Source: Patescibacteria group bacterium (lineage in GTDB: Bacteria; Patescibacteriota; Microgenomatia; UBA8517). Taken from it: DNA of 64,000 nucleotides. Every line of letters begins with the position of its first letter. The first letter of the stretch is position 1. Below are positions 29,113-39,379 of the stretch, in pieces. The stretch spans positions 4,453-68,452 of the forward strand of contig JBBRBD010000003.1 in assembly GCA_038206135.1 (NCBI GenBank). The letters are read 5' to 3'. The position numbers and the translations under genes are program-made. Below the pieces are notes generated by a model. It was not told the DNA's origin and did not search any database. It worked only from the letters and a program-made list of their open reading frames with translations.

Positions 29113-31593
29113 TTAAACTACGAAGTTTACGATTTTCCCCTTCACATAAATTGTCTTTCTGATACTTTTATCCTCAAGCCATTTTGCAACTTGTTCATCT
29201 ACTTTCGCTTTTAACGTAACTTTCTCTTCATTTTCGCTTTCTTCTTTTGAAATTTCAATTTGTCCTCTCAACTTTCCGTTTATTTGTACAGCAACCACAA
29301 TTTGATCTGGAATAATTTTTGACTCATCATGCATTGGCCAAGGTGCTGTGTGTACGCTTCCAGATTCGTTCAAAACCTCACGCCACACTTCTTCTGTTAG
29401 ATGTGGAGTAAAGGGAGCAAGTAGTGTTGTAAGTGTTTTTAAAGCTTCCTTCCATGTTTCCTTGTCGTCCCCGATTTCCGAATCTTTCAATTCATTTACA
29501 AACTCCATGAGTCCAGAAATTGCAGTGTTATAATGGAAAACGTTAATATCATCAGTTACCTTCTTAACTGTTTGGTGCATTTTAGAAACAATGGCAGAGA
29601 CATCTTTTTTTGAAACTCCTCTATTAACATCATTCAATAAATCCCAAACTCTGTTAGTAAATCGCTGCATCCCTTCAATTCCAGTATCACGAAAGTCAGG
29701 GCTTCCATCCATTGGCCCTAAAAACATAATATAAAGTCTTAGTGTATCTGCTCCAAATTTAGTAATATATTCATCAGGGTTCACGACATTCCCTTTCGAC
29801 TTACTCATTTTTGCCCCATCTTTAATCATTAATCCGTGCGCATAAAGATGTGGGAATGGTTCTTCAAATGAAACTTTCTTTTGATCAAACAAAACTTGAT
29901 TCATAAACCTTGCATACAACAAGTGTAAAACTGAATGCTCTGCACCTCCAAAATACAAATCAACCGGCAGCCACTTTTTAGTAACTTCAAGATCAAATGG
30001 TACTTCAGAAGAATTTGAAAGTCCCACTGTTGGATATCGCAAGTAGTACCACGATGAATCCACAAACGTATCCATAACGTCAGTCTCTCTTTCGGCTTTT
30101 TCTCCACACTTGGGACATACAGTCTCATAAAACTCTTTGTGATTGGCCAACGGACCTTTCCCTTCTCCTTTTGGTTTGTAATCAGTAATTTCAGGTAATA
30201 AGACTGGAAGGTTTTCTTCGGAGACCGTGTACCATCCAGCTGCATTCCATGTTCCACTTTTTACTTCACCATCACCTTTTTGGGCACAAGTCTCGCAAAA
30301 GACCATTGGAATTGGTGCTCCCCAATATCGCTGCCTGGAAATCAACCAATCACGTAAATGATAATTTGTTTGTGGTTCTGCGAGTCGTTGTTCGACGAGC
30401 CACTTTCTCACCGCATCTTTGCCTTCTCCGTTTGAAGAAAGACCGTTGAAATCTCCTGAGTTTGTAAGTGCGCCCGGCTCTTCACTTGAACGCTCATTTT
30501 TCTTGATACTTTGATTAATCTCAGAATTCGCATATGAGACAACTGGTACTATCGGCAAATTGAATTTTTTTGCAAATTCGAAATCTCTCGAATCATGTGC
30601 CGGTACTCCCATGACTGCACCAGTTCCGACGCCTTCAATTACATAGTCAGCCACATAAACTGGTATTTGATCTTTAGTTGCTGGATTTAATACGGTAAGC
30701 CCTGTATTTTCACCTGTTTTTTTTCTGTTTGTACGTCGTTCGTCGGCGCTCTTTTCCAAAGCGTGTTCAGCATACCGAATAGATTCTACAGAGACATCAG
30801 GAGCAAGTTTTGACAACAAATATTCAGGAGAAACGACTAAAAATGTCGCTCCAAAAATAGTTTCCCAATAGGTTGTCCAAACAGCAATATTGCTAAATTT
30901 AATTTCAAGACCTTCACCTTTTCCTATCCACTGCTTTTGGGCCTGTTTAATCTTTGATGGCCATTCAATATTTTCTAAATTATTTAAAAGTCTATCTGCA
31001 TATTTAGTAATAGACAAAAACCATTGTGTTAAATCCTTACGTTCTACAACAGTCCCACATCTTTCGCATTTTCCATCTATTACTTGTTCATCAGAAAGAA
31101 CAGTCTTACAAGATGGGCACCAGTTAACCTTCGCTTCCTTTCTATATGCAAGACCTGCCTTAAAACAAAGCGTAAAAAGCCACTGTGTCCATTTATAGTA
31201 ATCAGGGTCTGATGTCGTTACTGTTCTTTTCCAATCATACCCGTGTCCAAGAGATCTAAGCTGCTCTTCAAAATGTTTAGTTGTCCGTGACAACATAAAC
31301 TGAGGTGTTTGTCCAACTTTAATAGCATAGTTTTCAGAATGAATTCCAAAAGAATCGTATCCCATTGGTTGGAACACAGTTTTCCCATGCATACGCATAA
31401 ATCTTCCATAAATATCACTGCCGGTGGATGAAAAAGCATGACCTGCGTGCAATCCTTCCGCTGAAGGATATGGAAACATGAATAAGTTATAAAAAGGGTT
31501 TTCAATGTCTTTCATATCGGCTGCAGAATACAAAGATTCGGTGTCCCATTTCATTTGCCATTTCTTTTCAATCAATTGGTGTTCGTATTTCAT
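29113..31593 (-). CDS. leuS: Leucine--tRNA ligase
   Basis: FPYPSAEGLHAGH (HIGH region) and KMSKSKGN. CP1 editing-domain and zinc-knuckle cysteines are present. Length 826 aa. Confidence 0.9.
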   Translation of the reverse strand: MKYEHQLIEKKWQMKWDTESLYSAADMKDIENPFYNLFMFPYPSAEGLHAGHAFSSTGSDIYGRFMRMHGKTVFQPMGYDSFGIHSENYAIKVGQTPQFMLSRTTKHFEEQLRSLGHGYDWKRTVTTSDPDYYKWTQWLFTLCFKAGLAYRKEAKVNWCPSCKTVLSDEQVIDGKCERCGTVVERKDLTQWFLSITKYADRLLNNLENIEWPSKIKQAQKQWIGKGEGLEIKFSNIAVWTTYWETIFGATFLVVSPEYLLSKLAPDVSVESIRYAEHALEKSADERRTNRKKTGENTGLTVLNPATKDQIPVYVADYVIEGVGTGAVMGVPAHDSRDFEFAKKFNLPIVPVVSYANSEINQSIKKNERSSEEPGALTNSGDFNGLSSNGEGKDAVRKWLVEQRLAEPQTNYHLRDWLISRQRYWGAPIPMVFCETCAQKGDGEVKSGTWNAAGWYTVSEENLPVLLPEITDYKPKGEGKGPLANHKEFYETVCPKCGEKAERETDVMDTFVDSSWYYLRYPTVGLSNSSEVPFDLEVTKKWLPVDLYFGGAEHSVLHLLYARFMNQVLFDQKKVSFEEPFPHLYAHGLMIKDGAKMSKSKGNVVNPDEYITKFGADTLRLYIMFLGPMDGSPDFRDTGIEGMQRFTNRVWDLLNDVNRGVSKKDVSAIVSKMHQTVKKVTDDINVFHYNTAISGLMEFVNELKDSEIGDDKETWKEALKTLTTLLAPFTPHLTEEVWREVLNESGSVHTAPWPMHDESKIIPDQIVVAVQINGKLRGQIEISKEESENEEKVTLKAKVDEQVAKWLEDKSIRKTIYVKGKIVNFVV

Positions 31594-31643
31594 GATTATT
31601 TAAACTAATGCTACTATTGTATATAAATTAGAGCTTACACGCA

Positions 31644-32468
31644 ATGAAATATCATCCAGACGATCTTACAAAAAATTTTAAATCACAGCTGAGACAACAA
31701 AAACTTTCAGAGGGAACAATTCGTTTTTATATTTCCGATGTTAGAGTGTTTTTGAGGTTTATTTATCAAGTTTCTGGTGACTATGAAATTACCCCAGAGA
31801 TGTTTGAATCGTATGAAAATTTTTTAAAGTCAGGTACTCTACCTACAAAAACAATTAATCGAAAGCTTTCTTCACTCCGCATATTTAGCACATTTCTTTT
31901 GAAACAAGGTTTTTTGAAAGAAAATTTTATGAACAAAGTAAAAAACAACAAATCCAAAGGTGGAAATACACGGCCATTTAAAGCCTCTCCAACAATTATT
32001 TTGTTGTCCGTATTTATTATCGTTCTCCTCGTTGGAAGCTTTGTTTTTACAGCAGGTAACAAAGATATTTTTTCTATCACAACTTCTCCAATTATTGACC
32101 AACAAAAGCCGATAACTTTAACTGACACATTAAAAACTACTACTTCGAAACCTCCTGAAATACTTCAAGCACAAAGTATCAATGACATAACTGTCGAAGG
32201 AAATGTTCCAGAAAAAGAAGCTACCGTTACTACGTATGGAAAGGACGCAATAAATTCTGGAAAACAGGAAGTTAAAATAGTTACTGCTAGTACCAATAGT
32301 TCAGATCTTATGTTTATTACACCTACTTCTCCAATAGACAGTAGTTTTTATGTCGAACAGAAGTCTGGAGTCTTTGTTGTACATTTACAACAAACGCAAC
32401 AAAAAGATTTTACTTTTAACTGGATGCTCGTTTCAAATCAATTACCTATTGACAAACTTCCACGCTAA
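31644..32468 (+). CDS. Membrane protein with an N-terminal tyrosine-recombinase core-binding (phage integrase N-terminal SAM-like) domain, one TM helix and an extracytoplasmic Thr-rich region. No catalytic domain.
   Basis: Residues ~14-95 (LSEGTIRFYISDVRVFLRFI...TKTINRKLSSLRIFSTFLLKQGFLKENF) match the XerC/XerD N-terminal CB-domain pattern. They are followed by TIILLSVFIIVLLVGSFVFTA. There are no R-K-H-R-H-Y catalytic residues. Confidence 0.55.
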   Translation: MKYHPDDLTKNFKSQLRQQKLSEGTIRFYISDVRVFLRFIYQVSGDYEITPEMFESYENFLKSGTLPTKTINRKLSSLRIFSTFLLKQGFLKENFMNKVKNNKSKGGNTRPFKASPTIILLSVFIIVLLVGSFVFTAGNKDIFSITTSPIIDQQKPITLTDTLKTTTSKPPEILQAQSINDITVEGNVPEKEATVTTYGKDAINSGKQEVKIVTASTNSSDLMFITPTSPIDSSFYVEQKSGVFVVHLQQTQQKDFTFNWMLVSNQLPIDKLPR

Positions 32469-32494
32469 AAGTTAGTCTTACACATAAGATTATA

Positions 32495-34522
32495 TTGGAT
32501 TATATGTTAAACAACGGCACAAAATTAAAACAAATCGAGAATATAATACTGATTTCTTTTTTTGTTCTCTTCCCAATTTTCCTCATGCCATCTGTTCAAA
32601 ATCCTGTTGTAACTGCAAAATTGATACTTCTCGCGCTTGCTCTCGCTTTTGTCGTTGTCTTAAAAGCTGTTCGCAATTTAACATCCAAAACCAAAGGGTT
32701 AGTCTTTGCAACATCAAGTTTAGATCTTCCAATAATTCTTCTTGCGATTTCATATATTGTCAGTGGATATTTAGTAACACCTAATAGACTAGAAGCATTT
32801 TGGCTTCCAGGGTCTGCTTCTTTTGTCGTAGGAGGTGCAATATTATATTTTATAATTCGACAACTAACTGAGCGTGGCAGAATTGCAATACGACTCGGTC
32901 TTCTCGGTGGCGGTTCACTTTTAGCATTTTACTCAGTATTAAGCGCTTCAGGAATATTAAAAAGTATCCAGTCTTTTCCTGAATACTTAAAAAGCGACGC
33001 TTTCACACCAGCAGGAAGTGTTTTTGTCTCTGCAATTATCTTTATAGCTATAGCCCCTATTGCGATAGACTTAATTCTCCATGCAGAAAAGTATGTAATT
33101 AAAGTTGGAGCCGGAGTTGCTGCGGGATTATTTGTACTTGCCTTTGTAATATCCTTGTCGGGTGCCATAAAGAATTGGAATGAAACTCAACTTCCAACAA
33201 TGGCTACATCATGGGTAGTTGCGACCGAAAGTTTGAAGTTAAGTCCTTTTACTGGAGTTGGTTCAGGGAACTACTTAAGCGCATTTTCGAGATTTATTCC
33301 TATTTCATACAATGCAACACCACAGTGGAGTATTCGGTTCTCCAATGCTAATAATTTTTATCTGACAGCAATAACTGAAACTGGTCTTATTGGACTCGCT
33401 TCTCTTGTTGTACTGCTAATTGCATTTTATAAAGTTGCCCGTAAGTCGACAACAGATGGGTCAATCTTTGAATATGTCCCAGCAGCCTTATTGTTAGTAG
33501 CACTGTTAATTTTTCCTGGCACTCCAGTTCTAGTTGTACTCTTATTTACTTTACTAGCGCTCACCGGCAGAACTCATATTGTTCATCTCTTTACGCCAGC
33601 TCACGAAGCCGCAACTGCTTCGACTGAAGGCAAATTTGCAACAAACGTAACAGCCGTACCATTTATTGCAGTTGCACTATTTTCATTGTTTCTAGTAAGC
33701 CGTGAGGCTCGCGCTGAAATAACATTTCAAAGATCATTGAATGCCGTAACAGCACAAGATGGGAAACTTGCATATGACACATTGCAATCCGCAATTAATC
33801 AAAGCCCTTATAACGATCGATTCCATCTTACTTATTCACAATTAAACCTTCTTTTGGCAAACACGATAACACAAAAAAAGGAGCTTACTGATGATGATAA
33901 AAATACAATTTCGCAATTAGTTCAGCAAGCTGTTCGAGAAGGTAGAGTTGCAGTTGCACTTAACTCAGATCGATCTGGAAACTGGGTGAACCTCGGAAGT
34001 ATTTATAGAGCTGTTATTCCGCTCGCAAAAGGTGCTGACCAATTTGCTTTGCAAACTTATTCTCAGGCTGTTGTTCTCGATCCTATTAACCCGAATGTCA
34101 GAGTTGCTCTTGGAGGTGTGTACTACGGCTTAAAGCGATATGAAGAAGCAATCGATGTCTTTAGACTTGCAACCAGTGCCAAGCCAGACTTTGCAAACGC
34201 TCACTACAACTTAGCAATTGCATATAGAGACAATGGTCAGTACGACAAAGCCCTTGCCGAATTAACCGGAACTCTTTCGCTCGTACAAAAAGACTCGACA
34301 GATTATCAAGCGATTCAAAAGGAAATTGAAAATGTAAAGAGTAAAGCACCTCAAAAAGCTGCGGCACCTGTACAAACTGATAACCTTACTCCTCCGACAA
34401 AAATTGATGAAAATAAAAACTTAGATGAAAAGATTGCGCTACCAACTGATGCAACACCTGAGGCTGCAATAAATCCAACGCCTGTTGTCACAGCTTCTCC
34501 ACAAGATTCAAGTGCACAATAA
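32495..34522 (+). CDS. Polytopic membrane protein with a Wzy_C/O-antigen-ligase-like core and C-terminal TPR repeats (PglL/PilO-like O-oligosaccharyltransferase candidate)
   Basis: About 10 TM helices. NANNFYLTAITETGLIGL resembles the Wzy_C motif (xHNxyLxxxxExG). The C-terminal TPRs include NAHYNLAIAYRDNGQYDKALAEL. Confidence 0.55.
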   Translation: MDYMLNNGTKLKQIENIILISFFVLFPIFLMPSVQNPVVTAKLILLALALAFVVVLKAVRNLTSKTKGLVFATSSLDLPIILLAISYIVSGYLVTPNRLEAFWLPGSASFVVGGAILYFIIRQLTERGRIAIRLGLLGGGSLLAFYSVLSASGILKSIQSFPEYLKSDAFTPAGSVFVSAIIFIAIAPIAIDLILHAEKYVIKVGAGVAAGLFVLAFVISLSGAIKNWNETQLPTMATSWVVATESLKLSPFTGVGSGNYLSAFSRFIPISYNATPQWSIRFSNANNFYLTAITETGLIGLASLVVLLIAFYKVARKSTTDGSIFEYVPAALLLVALLIFPGTPVLVVLLFTLLALTGRTHIVHLFTPAHEAATASTEGKFATNVTAVPFIAVALFSLFLVSREARAEITFQRSLNAVTAQDGKLAYDTLQSAINQSPYNDRFHLTYSQLNLLLANTITQKKELTDDDKNTISQLVQQAVREGRVAVALNSDRSGNWVNLGSIYRAVIPLAKGADQFALQTYSQAVVLDPINPNVRVALGGVYYGLKRYEEAIDVFRLATSAKPDFANAHYNLAIAYRDNGQYDKALAELTGTLSLVQKDSTDYQAIQKEIENVKSKAPQKAAAPVQTDNLTPPTKIDENKNLDEKIALPTDATPEAAINPTPVVTASPQDSSAQ

Positions 34523-35096
34523 TCCCCCGGCTCTCTATCGAGAGACGAGGGTACCATACAGTTTTTATTTCTTACACTAACAACATTGGGCAATTTCATT
34601 CGGAATTGAGTAGAAGCAAGCCCATCCGGCTAATTTCCATGGTTCTGTTTGAAATTCGATGTCTGAATCAATTCTCAGGAAACGCTGAAGGATCACCCCT
34701 TCTACACTTCCAAAAACAATCCCCATAACTGACAATCCTTCCGGGAAAGTTGTCTCTGTTAAAACATATAATAGTTCTCCTTCTAATAATTGAGCATGTA
34801 GATCATCAAAAGTATTTCCTCTGATCTGTCGTGCGTTTTCACATACAGCTTTTGATCCAGAAATACATTTACGCCCAAGATATGCAGCCATTTGAAAAAT
34901 ATCCTTCCGAGTAGTTTTCCTAAATGAGTTAGAAGAAAGACCATTTTATGACAAATGGAGCACGAACGCAAACTGTGGACCCAGCCGTAATCGAAACGGC
35001 GACTATGCAATGCGAATGCACCGGTATACCACTTACCTATGGGCCCGAATTATATGATCACAGGACTTATTCTCAGCAGTAGTATATAAAAGAAGT

Positions 35097-36203
35097 TTAG
35101 TTCAACACAGTTAGTGGACTAATGCGAGTTGCGCCCTTATACACCTCAAAATGCAAGTGAGTACCAGTTGATCGACCCGTTGACCCCATCTGTCCAACAG
35201 CAGAGCCACGACTCACTGTTTGACCTACAACAACATACAACTTCTGGAGATGGGCATATCTTGTCCTGTATCCATTTCCATGATCGATAAGGACCATGTT
35301 TCCATATCCCGTATTATCCCATCCTGAAGCAATTACTTTTCCACTATCTGCTGCAACTACCTGAGGAGAAGCAGGGTTTGCGATATCAATTCCTGGGTGG
35401 TACCAATAGAACTTCTGTGAAATCACCCCTTGTGTTGGCCAAACGAATGAGCCAGATGCAACCACTGTTCCTGCATTTGGAGTAATCTGTTTTACTCGAG
35501 CAACTGGAGACCATGGAATCTCGTCTTGTTTCACTCCATCCGGAACTATTAACAGCTGACCAATTGCAAGGTCGAAGGTCTCATCATTTACAAAAGTGTT
35601 AAAGGGAAAGTCGACAATAGCTTGCTTGTTAGCATCATATTTTTTAGCGATTGAGTCGAGAGTGTCCCCTTTTTGTACTTTGTGTGAAACTCCAGTCACT
35701 GGCAAAATTTGAAGAACTTGATTTAGTTTTATTGAGTCCTTGGACAGGAGACTGTTTTGCCATCTAATTGTGTCAGTTGAAACATCAAATTTTTGAGCAA
35801 TAGAGCTCACCGTATCTCCATTTTGGACGGTGTACTCTATAATTGAGTCACGGTACTGCTGTTCTGAGAAGTCAGTTGATACACTCGGATCTTCTGTTGA
35901 AGCAGAAAGCACAACAGATGGACTTGGAGCATCCCACGGGTTAACCCCTTGCGACTCAAGTTGTTTCACGAGTACTGGTGCAACCATAATTCCAAGCGCA
36001 GTGATACCAGCCATACTGGAGTGAACAAATCGGGTGGCATGTTTTCCACGCTGCTTATAGAGCTTTGTTACAAAAATTCCTTTTCCAGTTTCAAAGCGCA
36101 AAAATTGGGTTCGAAGAACTTCAACCAAAAATTTATATAACTCACGAAGAAAAACACTGAAGTCTGACAAAAAAATCCTTACCTGTGGTAAAAGCGCTTT
36201 CAT
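35097..36203 (-). CDS. Cell-wall hydrolase: 2x LysM + M23 (LytM) peptidase
   Basis: YTVQNGDTVSSIAQKF and HKVQKGDTLDSIAKKY are LysM motifs. The C-terminal M23 signature is GYRTRYAHL...GSTGRSTGTHLHFEV. Confidence 0.85.
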   Translation of the reverse strand: MKALLPQVRIFLSDFSVFLRELYKFLVEVLRTQFLRFETGKGIFVTKLYKQRGKHATRFVHSSMAGITALGIMVAPVLVKQLESQGVNPWDAPSPSVVLSASTEDPSVSTDFSEQQYRDSIIEYTVQNGDTVSSIAQKFDVSTDTIRWQNSLLSKDSIKLNQVLQILPVTGVSHKVQKGDTLDSIAKKYDANKQAIVDFPFNTFVNDETFDLAIGQLLIVPDGVKQDEIPWSPVARVKQITPNAGTVVASGSFVWPTQGVISQKFYWYHPGIDIANPASPQVVAADSGKVIASGWDNTGYGNMVLIDHGNGYRTRYAHLQKLYVVVGQTVSRGSAVGQMGSTGRSTGTHLHFEVYKGATRISPLTVLN

Positions 36204-36224
36204 CTGTTGCAGGATAACAAACTA

Positions 36225-37439
36225 TCAAACAGTTTTCAAACTCGTAAGGAAACTTTTATTTTCATCTGTCTTTTCAAGCTTAGACAAAAGCATCTCAGTT
36301 CTCTCATCATCACTCATCATGTCAAGCATCCGTCGCAAAGTTAGAATTTGCTGCATCGTCTCTTTCCCATACAAAAGCTCTTCTTGTCTGGTTCCAGATC
36401 GGGTTACATTAATTGCTGGGAATACTCGTCGCTCTGCAAGTCTTCGGTCTAAATGCAGTTCCATGTTGCCGGTTCCCTTAAATTCTTCATAAACCAAGTC
36501 ATCCATACGTGAACCAGTATCAATTAAACAGGTTCCAATCATAGTGAGTGATCCTCCATTTTCAATTTTTCGTGCTGCTCCAAAGAATTTCTTTGCAGGT
36601 TGCAAAGCTTCAGTGTTAAAACCACCACTCAATGTTCTTCCCGTGTTTGGAAGAGCCAAGTTATAAGCACGAGCTAAACGAGTAATTGAGTCTAGTACAA
36701 TTACGACATCTTTTCCTTCTTCGACAAGTCTCTTTGCACGATCCAAAGCAAGTTCTCCGGCTCGGGTTTGTTCATGAACATCATCGTCAAAATTACTTGC
36801 AGCAACTTGACCTTTACCACCAGTCATTTCTTTCAAACTTCGAGAAATATCAGTTACTTCTTCAGGTCGCTCACCAATAAGCACTGCCATAATTTGCACA
36901 TCTGGATAATTTTTAGCAATTCCGGTGATAATGTCTTTAATAAGCCATGTTTTACCGGCTTTTGGAGGTGAAACGATGAGTCCTCGTTGTCCAAACCCAA
37001 TAGGGGCCACCAAATCAATCATTCTTGTTGTAAGAGTTTCTTTGTCCGTTTCAAGCTTAATTTGTTTGTCAGGATAAATTGCGGTGAGGTTATCAAATTC
37101 AGGGCGCTCTCTCATTTCAACAGCTTCATTTCCATTAACTGTTTCTACTTTCAAAAGTCCCCAGTATCGTTCGTTATCTTTTGGTCTGCGTGCGAGTCCT
37201 CCAACAAGGTCACCATTTCGTAAATTAAATCTTCGAATTTGAGAAGCAGAAATATAAATGTCTTGATTAGAAGGACTAAAATTTGGTCGCACGAGTCCAG
37301 AGCCTTCATTCGCAATGTCTAGAACACCTTCTACTTGTTCAGTTGGAAGGGTTGCATCAGGGATAACTCGATTGTCGACGACGAGCGGTTGCGATGAAGA
37401 CTCATTGTTGTTGTCTTGTGAACTATATTGTTGTGACAT
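36225..37439 (-). CDS. rho: Transcription termination factor Rho
   Basis: N-terminal cold-shock/OB RNA-binding region. Walker A (GLIVSPPKAGKT) and the Q/R loops are present. The stretch …GERPEEVTDI…VLDSITRLARAYN is typical of Rho. Confidence 0.9.
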   Translation of the reverse strand: MSQQYSSQDNNNESSSQPLVVDNRVIPDATLPTEQVEGVLDIANEGSGLVRPNFSPSNQDIYISASQIRRFNLRNGDLVGGLARRPKDNERYWGLLKVETVNGNEAVEMRERPEFDNLTAIYPDKQIKLETDKETLTTRMIDLVAPIGFGQRGLIVSPPKAGKTWLIKDIITGIAKNYPDVQIMAVLIGERPEEVTDISRSLKEMTGGKGQVAASNFDDDVHEQTRAGELALDRAKRLVEEGKDVVIVLDSITRLARAYNLALPNTGRTLSGGFNTEALQPAKKFFGAARKIENGGSLTMIGTCLIDTGSRMDDLVYEEFKGTGNMELHLDRRLAERRVFPAINVTRSGTRQEELLYGKETMQQILTLRRMLDMMSDDERTEMLLSKLEKTDENKSFLTSLKTV

Positions 37440-37609
37440 ATTGTCTAACTTGTCGGTAATGCTTTTTCAACTTAACAGAAGCTTTGGGCAAAAACTTGCT
37501 TGAAAAAAGTATTACAGAAGTAACTGTATTGTAACGAAAGGCATTCTGTAAGTCAAATGTGAATAGAAAGCACCCTCATTGTTTGTAAAGAAGGTGCTCT
37601 TGTCAAAAA

Positions 37610-37930
37610 TCACTTAGGAATAACCTTCAAAACAAGATCATCTGGACACCCTTCAAAATACTTGAGGCGTTCTGTCAATCCCGCTTTGATACGTTCAACA
37701 CGAGCTTCATCCATACCTGCAGGAACTTCAAGCCACGCCCACGAATTGGGTTTTGCCGTCATTTGGTCTTCTTCTACTGCAATGCTTCCAGGTAGCGGAT
37801 CTCTCAGCAATACCAAGAGTTCATGATTAAACTCATTTGCAATCCAAGCGCGAATGCTTTTTAAGACAACGTTATTTGGTGCAATATCTGACTGAGATAA
37901 GTTTGGTGTGTAAACTGTGACTATTTCCAC
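37610..37930 (-). CDS. Hypothetical small cytoplasmic protein
   Basis: 106-aa ORF with coding-like composition. No family was recognised. Confidence 0.4.
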   Translation of the reverse strand: MEIVTVYTPNLSQSDIAPNNVVLKSIRAWIANEFNHELLVLLRDPLPGSIAVEEDQMTAKPNSWAWLEVPAGMDEARVERIKAGLTERLKYFEGCPDDLVLKVIPK

Positions 37931-37969
37931 AAAACCCCTCCTTTGAGCACTTAGTCCGTTTCGCAGTTA

Positions 37970-38635
37970 TTATACAGGACTTGCAAATAAAAGTAGTCGT
38001 TTCCAACTTGTCCCCGGTGGATAACAAGTTTGAAGAATAAGCTCTTCTCCGTCTTTTGGCTCAAGCCAGGAAACATCAGTTGCAGAAACAATTTTCTGCC
38101 CAGTTGTTCTATATTGATATATTTTGCCATTGTAATAAATATCAATAGTCTCTCCATTTGGCACTTTTGAAAGATCGTAGAACAATGCATTGTATTTCTG
38201 AATATTTAAAATTGAATTCGTCGAATGGGCAAACAAAAAGATTCGTTCCCCTTGACCAGGAAGCCCTGTTCCTTTGGCTTGTGCTACTCCTTTACTCAAG
38301 GCGTCACTATATTCTTGTTCGTTAAATGGATCAACACTTACGAAAATGTCCGACTTTGTTTTTAAATATGGAATGTAAATTGAAAAAGAAGTGTCGTTTT
38401 TTTTCATTTCCGAGAAGGTTATTTCATTTGAAGCGGCAGATGCTTCTGTTACTTTGCCAACCTGCGTATCAGCGCCATTACTCGGAAGTATTTGAGACTG
38501 AGTAAGCGAACCAAACGAATAGATATAGAGTGCCATTGCAACGCTGGTAAGTCCGGCTCCAACAGTTCGCGTTAGCGTATCTTTTGCACTTCGTTTCCGG
38601 GGAGTAATTACAACACTTCCCTTCGTTTTTCCCAT
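37970..38635 (-). CDS. Sortase family transpeptidase
   Basis: Catalytic His context FLFAHS, the TLxTC-type motif LILQTCYPPG, and a conserved Arg (KRLLLF). N-terminal TM anchor (MGKTKGSVV...LTSVAMALYIYSF). The ORF track starts this ORF at 38725, which overlaps the upstream gene. The internal Met at 38635 is the more likely start. Confidence 0.7.
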   Translation of the reverse strand: MGKTKGSVVITPRKRSAKDTLTRTVGAGLTSVAMALYIYSFGSLTQSQILPSNGADTQVGKVTEASAASNEITFSEMKKNDTSFSIYIPYLKTKSDIFVSVDPFNEQEYSDALSKGVAQAKGTGLPGQGERIFLFAHSTNSILNIQKYNALFYDLSKVPNGETIDIYYNGKIYQYRTTGQKIVSATDVSWLEPKDGEELILQTCYPPGTSWKRLLLFASPV

Positions 38636-38672
38636 TGTGTGGTGATACAGCGTCCCAAAAGGCTTTGTGCCT

Positions 38673-39233
38673 TTATTCGGTGTCTTTTCGAGGTTTTTCA
38701 TAGAGGTATAGTCCATACATTCCAAGCCCTGCTATAAAGATACTTACCCAAAGTTCTGCTCCTGTTTTAGGCAGTGTTGTTCCACTTGTCGGTTTTGTTG
38801 TTGCTGTAGGCACGGCTGATGCATTCAAGCGAGAAACTGGAGTACTAGTCGGAATAACGGTTGGTACTGGTGTTGGGCTCGCAAAAGTTGGATTTCCAGC
38901 TTTATATAAATTACACGAATTTTCATTTTGCTTGACTCGGACTGCACATGACAATCCTTGAGATTGCGCAAAATACAACACTTGTCCGCAACCACTTGGT
39001 GGATTTGCACAAAATGAATCATTTCGACTATCGCTGACCGTTGCAGCACTGTCTTTCAAGTCACACACTCCATCCTGGTTTGTGTCCCCCTTCGGGCAAT
39101 TATATGTTTCACAACGGACGATAGAAGCTCCATCGGCGCACTGTGACCAGTATGTTGTTGTTTGCGCACTAACTACACCCACAGAAAGTGAGCCAATAAA
39201 TAAAGTTGTTGCGAGAGCTATCAAAGTTTTCAT
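38673..39233 (-). CDS. LPXTG cell-wall-anchored surface protein (Cys-rich domain + Thr/Pro linker + LPKTG sorting signal)
   Basis: The signal peptide MKTLIALATTLFIGSLSVGVVSA, 10 Cys in the mature domain, then …TTLPKTGAELWVSIFIAGLGMYGLYLYEKPRKDTE. This is a canonical LPXTG + hydrophobic + basic tail. It sits directly upstream of the sortase gene. Confidence 0.8.
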   Translation of the reverse strand: MKTLIALATTLFIGSLSVGVVSAQTTTYWSQCADGASIVRCETYNCPKGDTNQDGVCDLKDSAATVSDSRNDSFCANPPSGCGQVLYFAQSQGLSCAVRVKQNENSCNLYKAGNPTFASPTPVPTVIPTSTPVSRLNASAVPTATTKPTSGTTLPKTGAELWVSIFIAGLGMYGLYLYEKPRKDTE

Positions 39234-39379
39234 GAAATAAATGAATTGGCAAAAGATTTACCAAAAATGAAGAATTGATCATTCTATCCTATAAAGGAAC
39301 AATTGTCAATGCACCCAATAGAAAGCAAAAAAGCCAGTGAGTGTCCATCTCACTGGCTTAATAAAAAAACTACTAAAAA

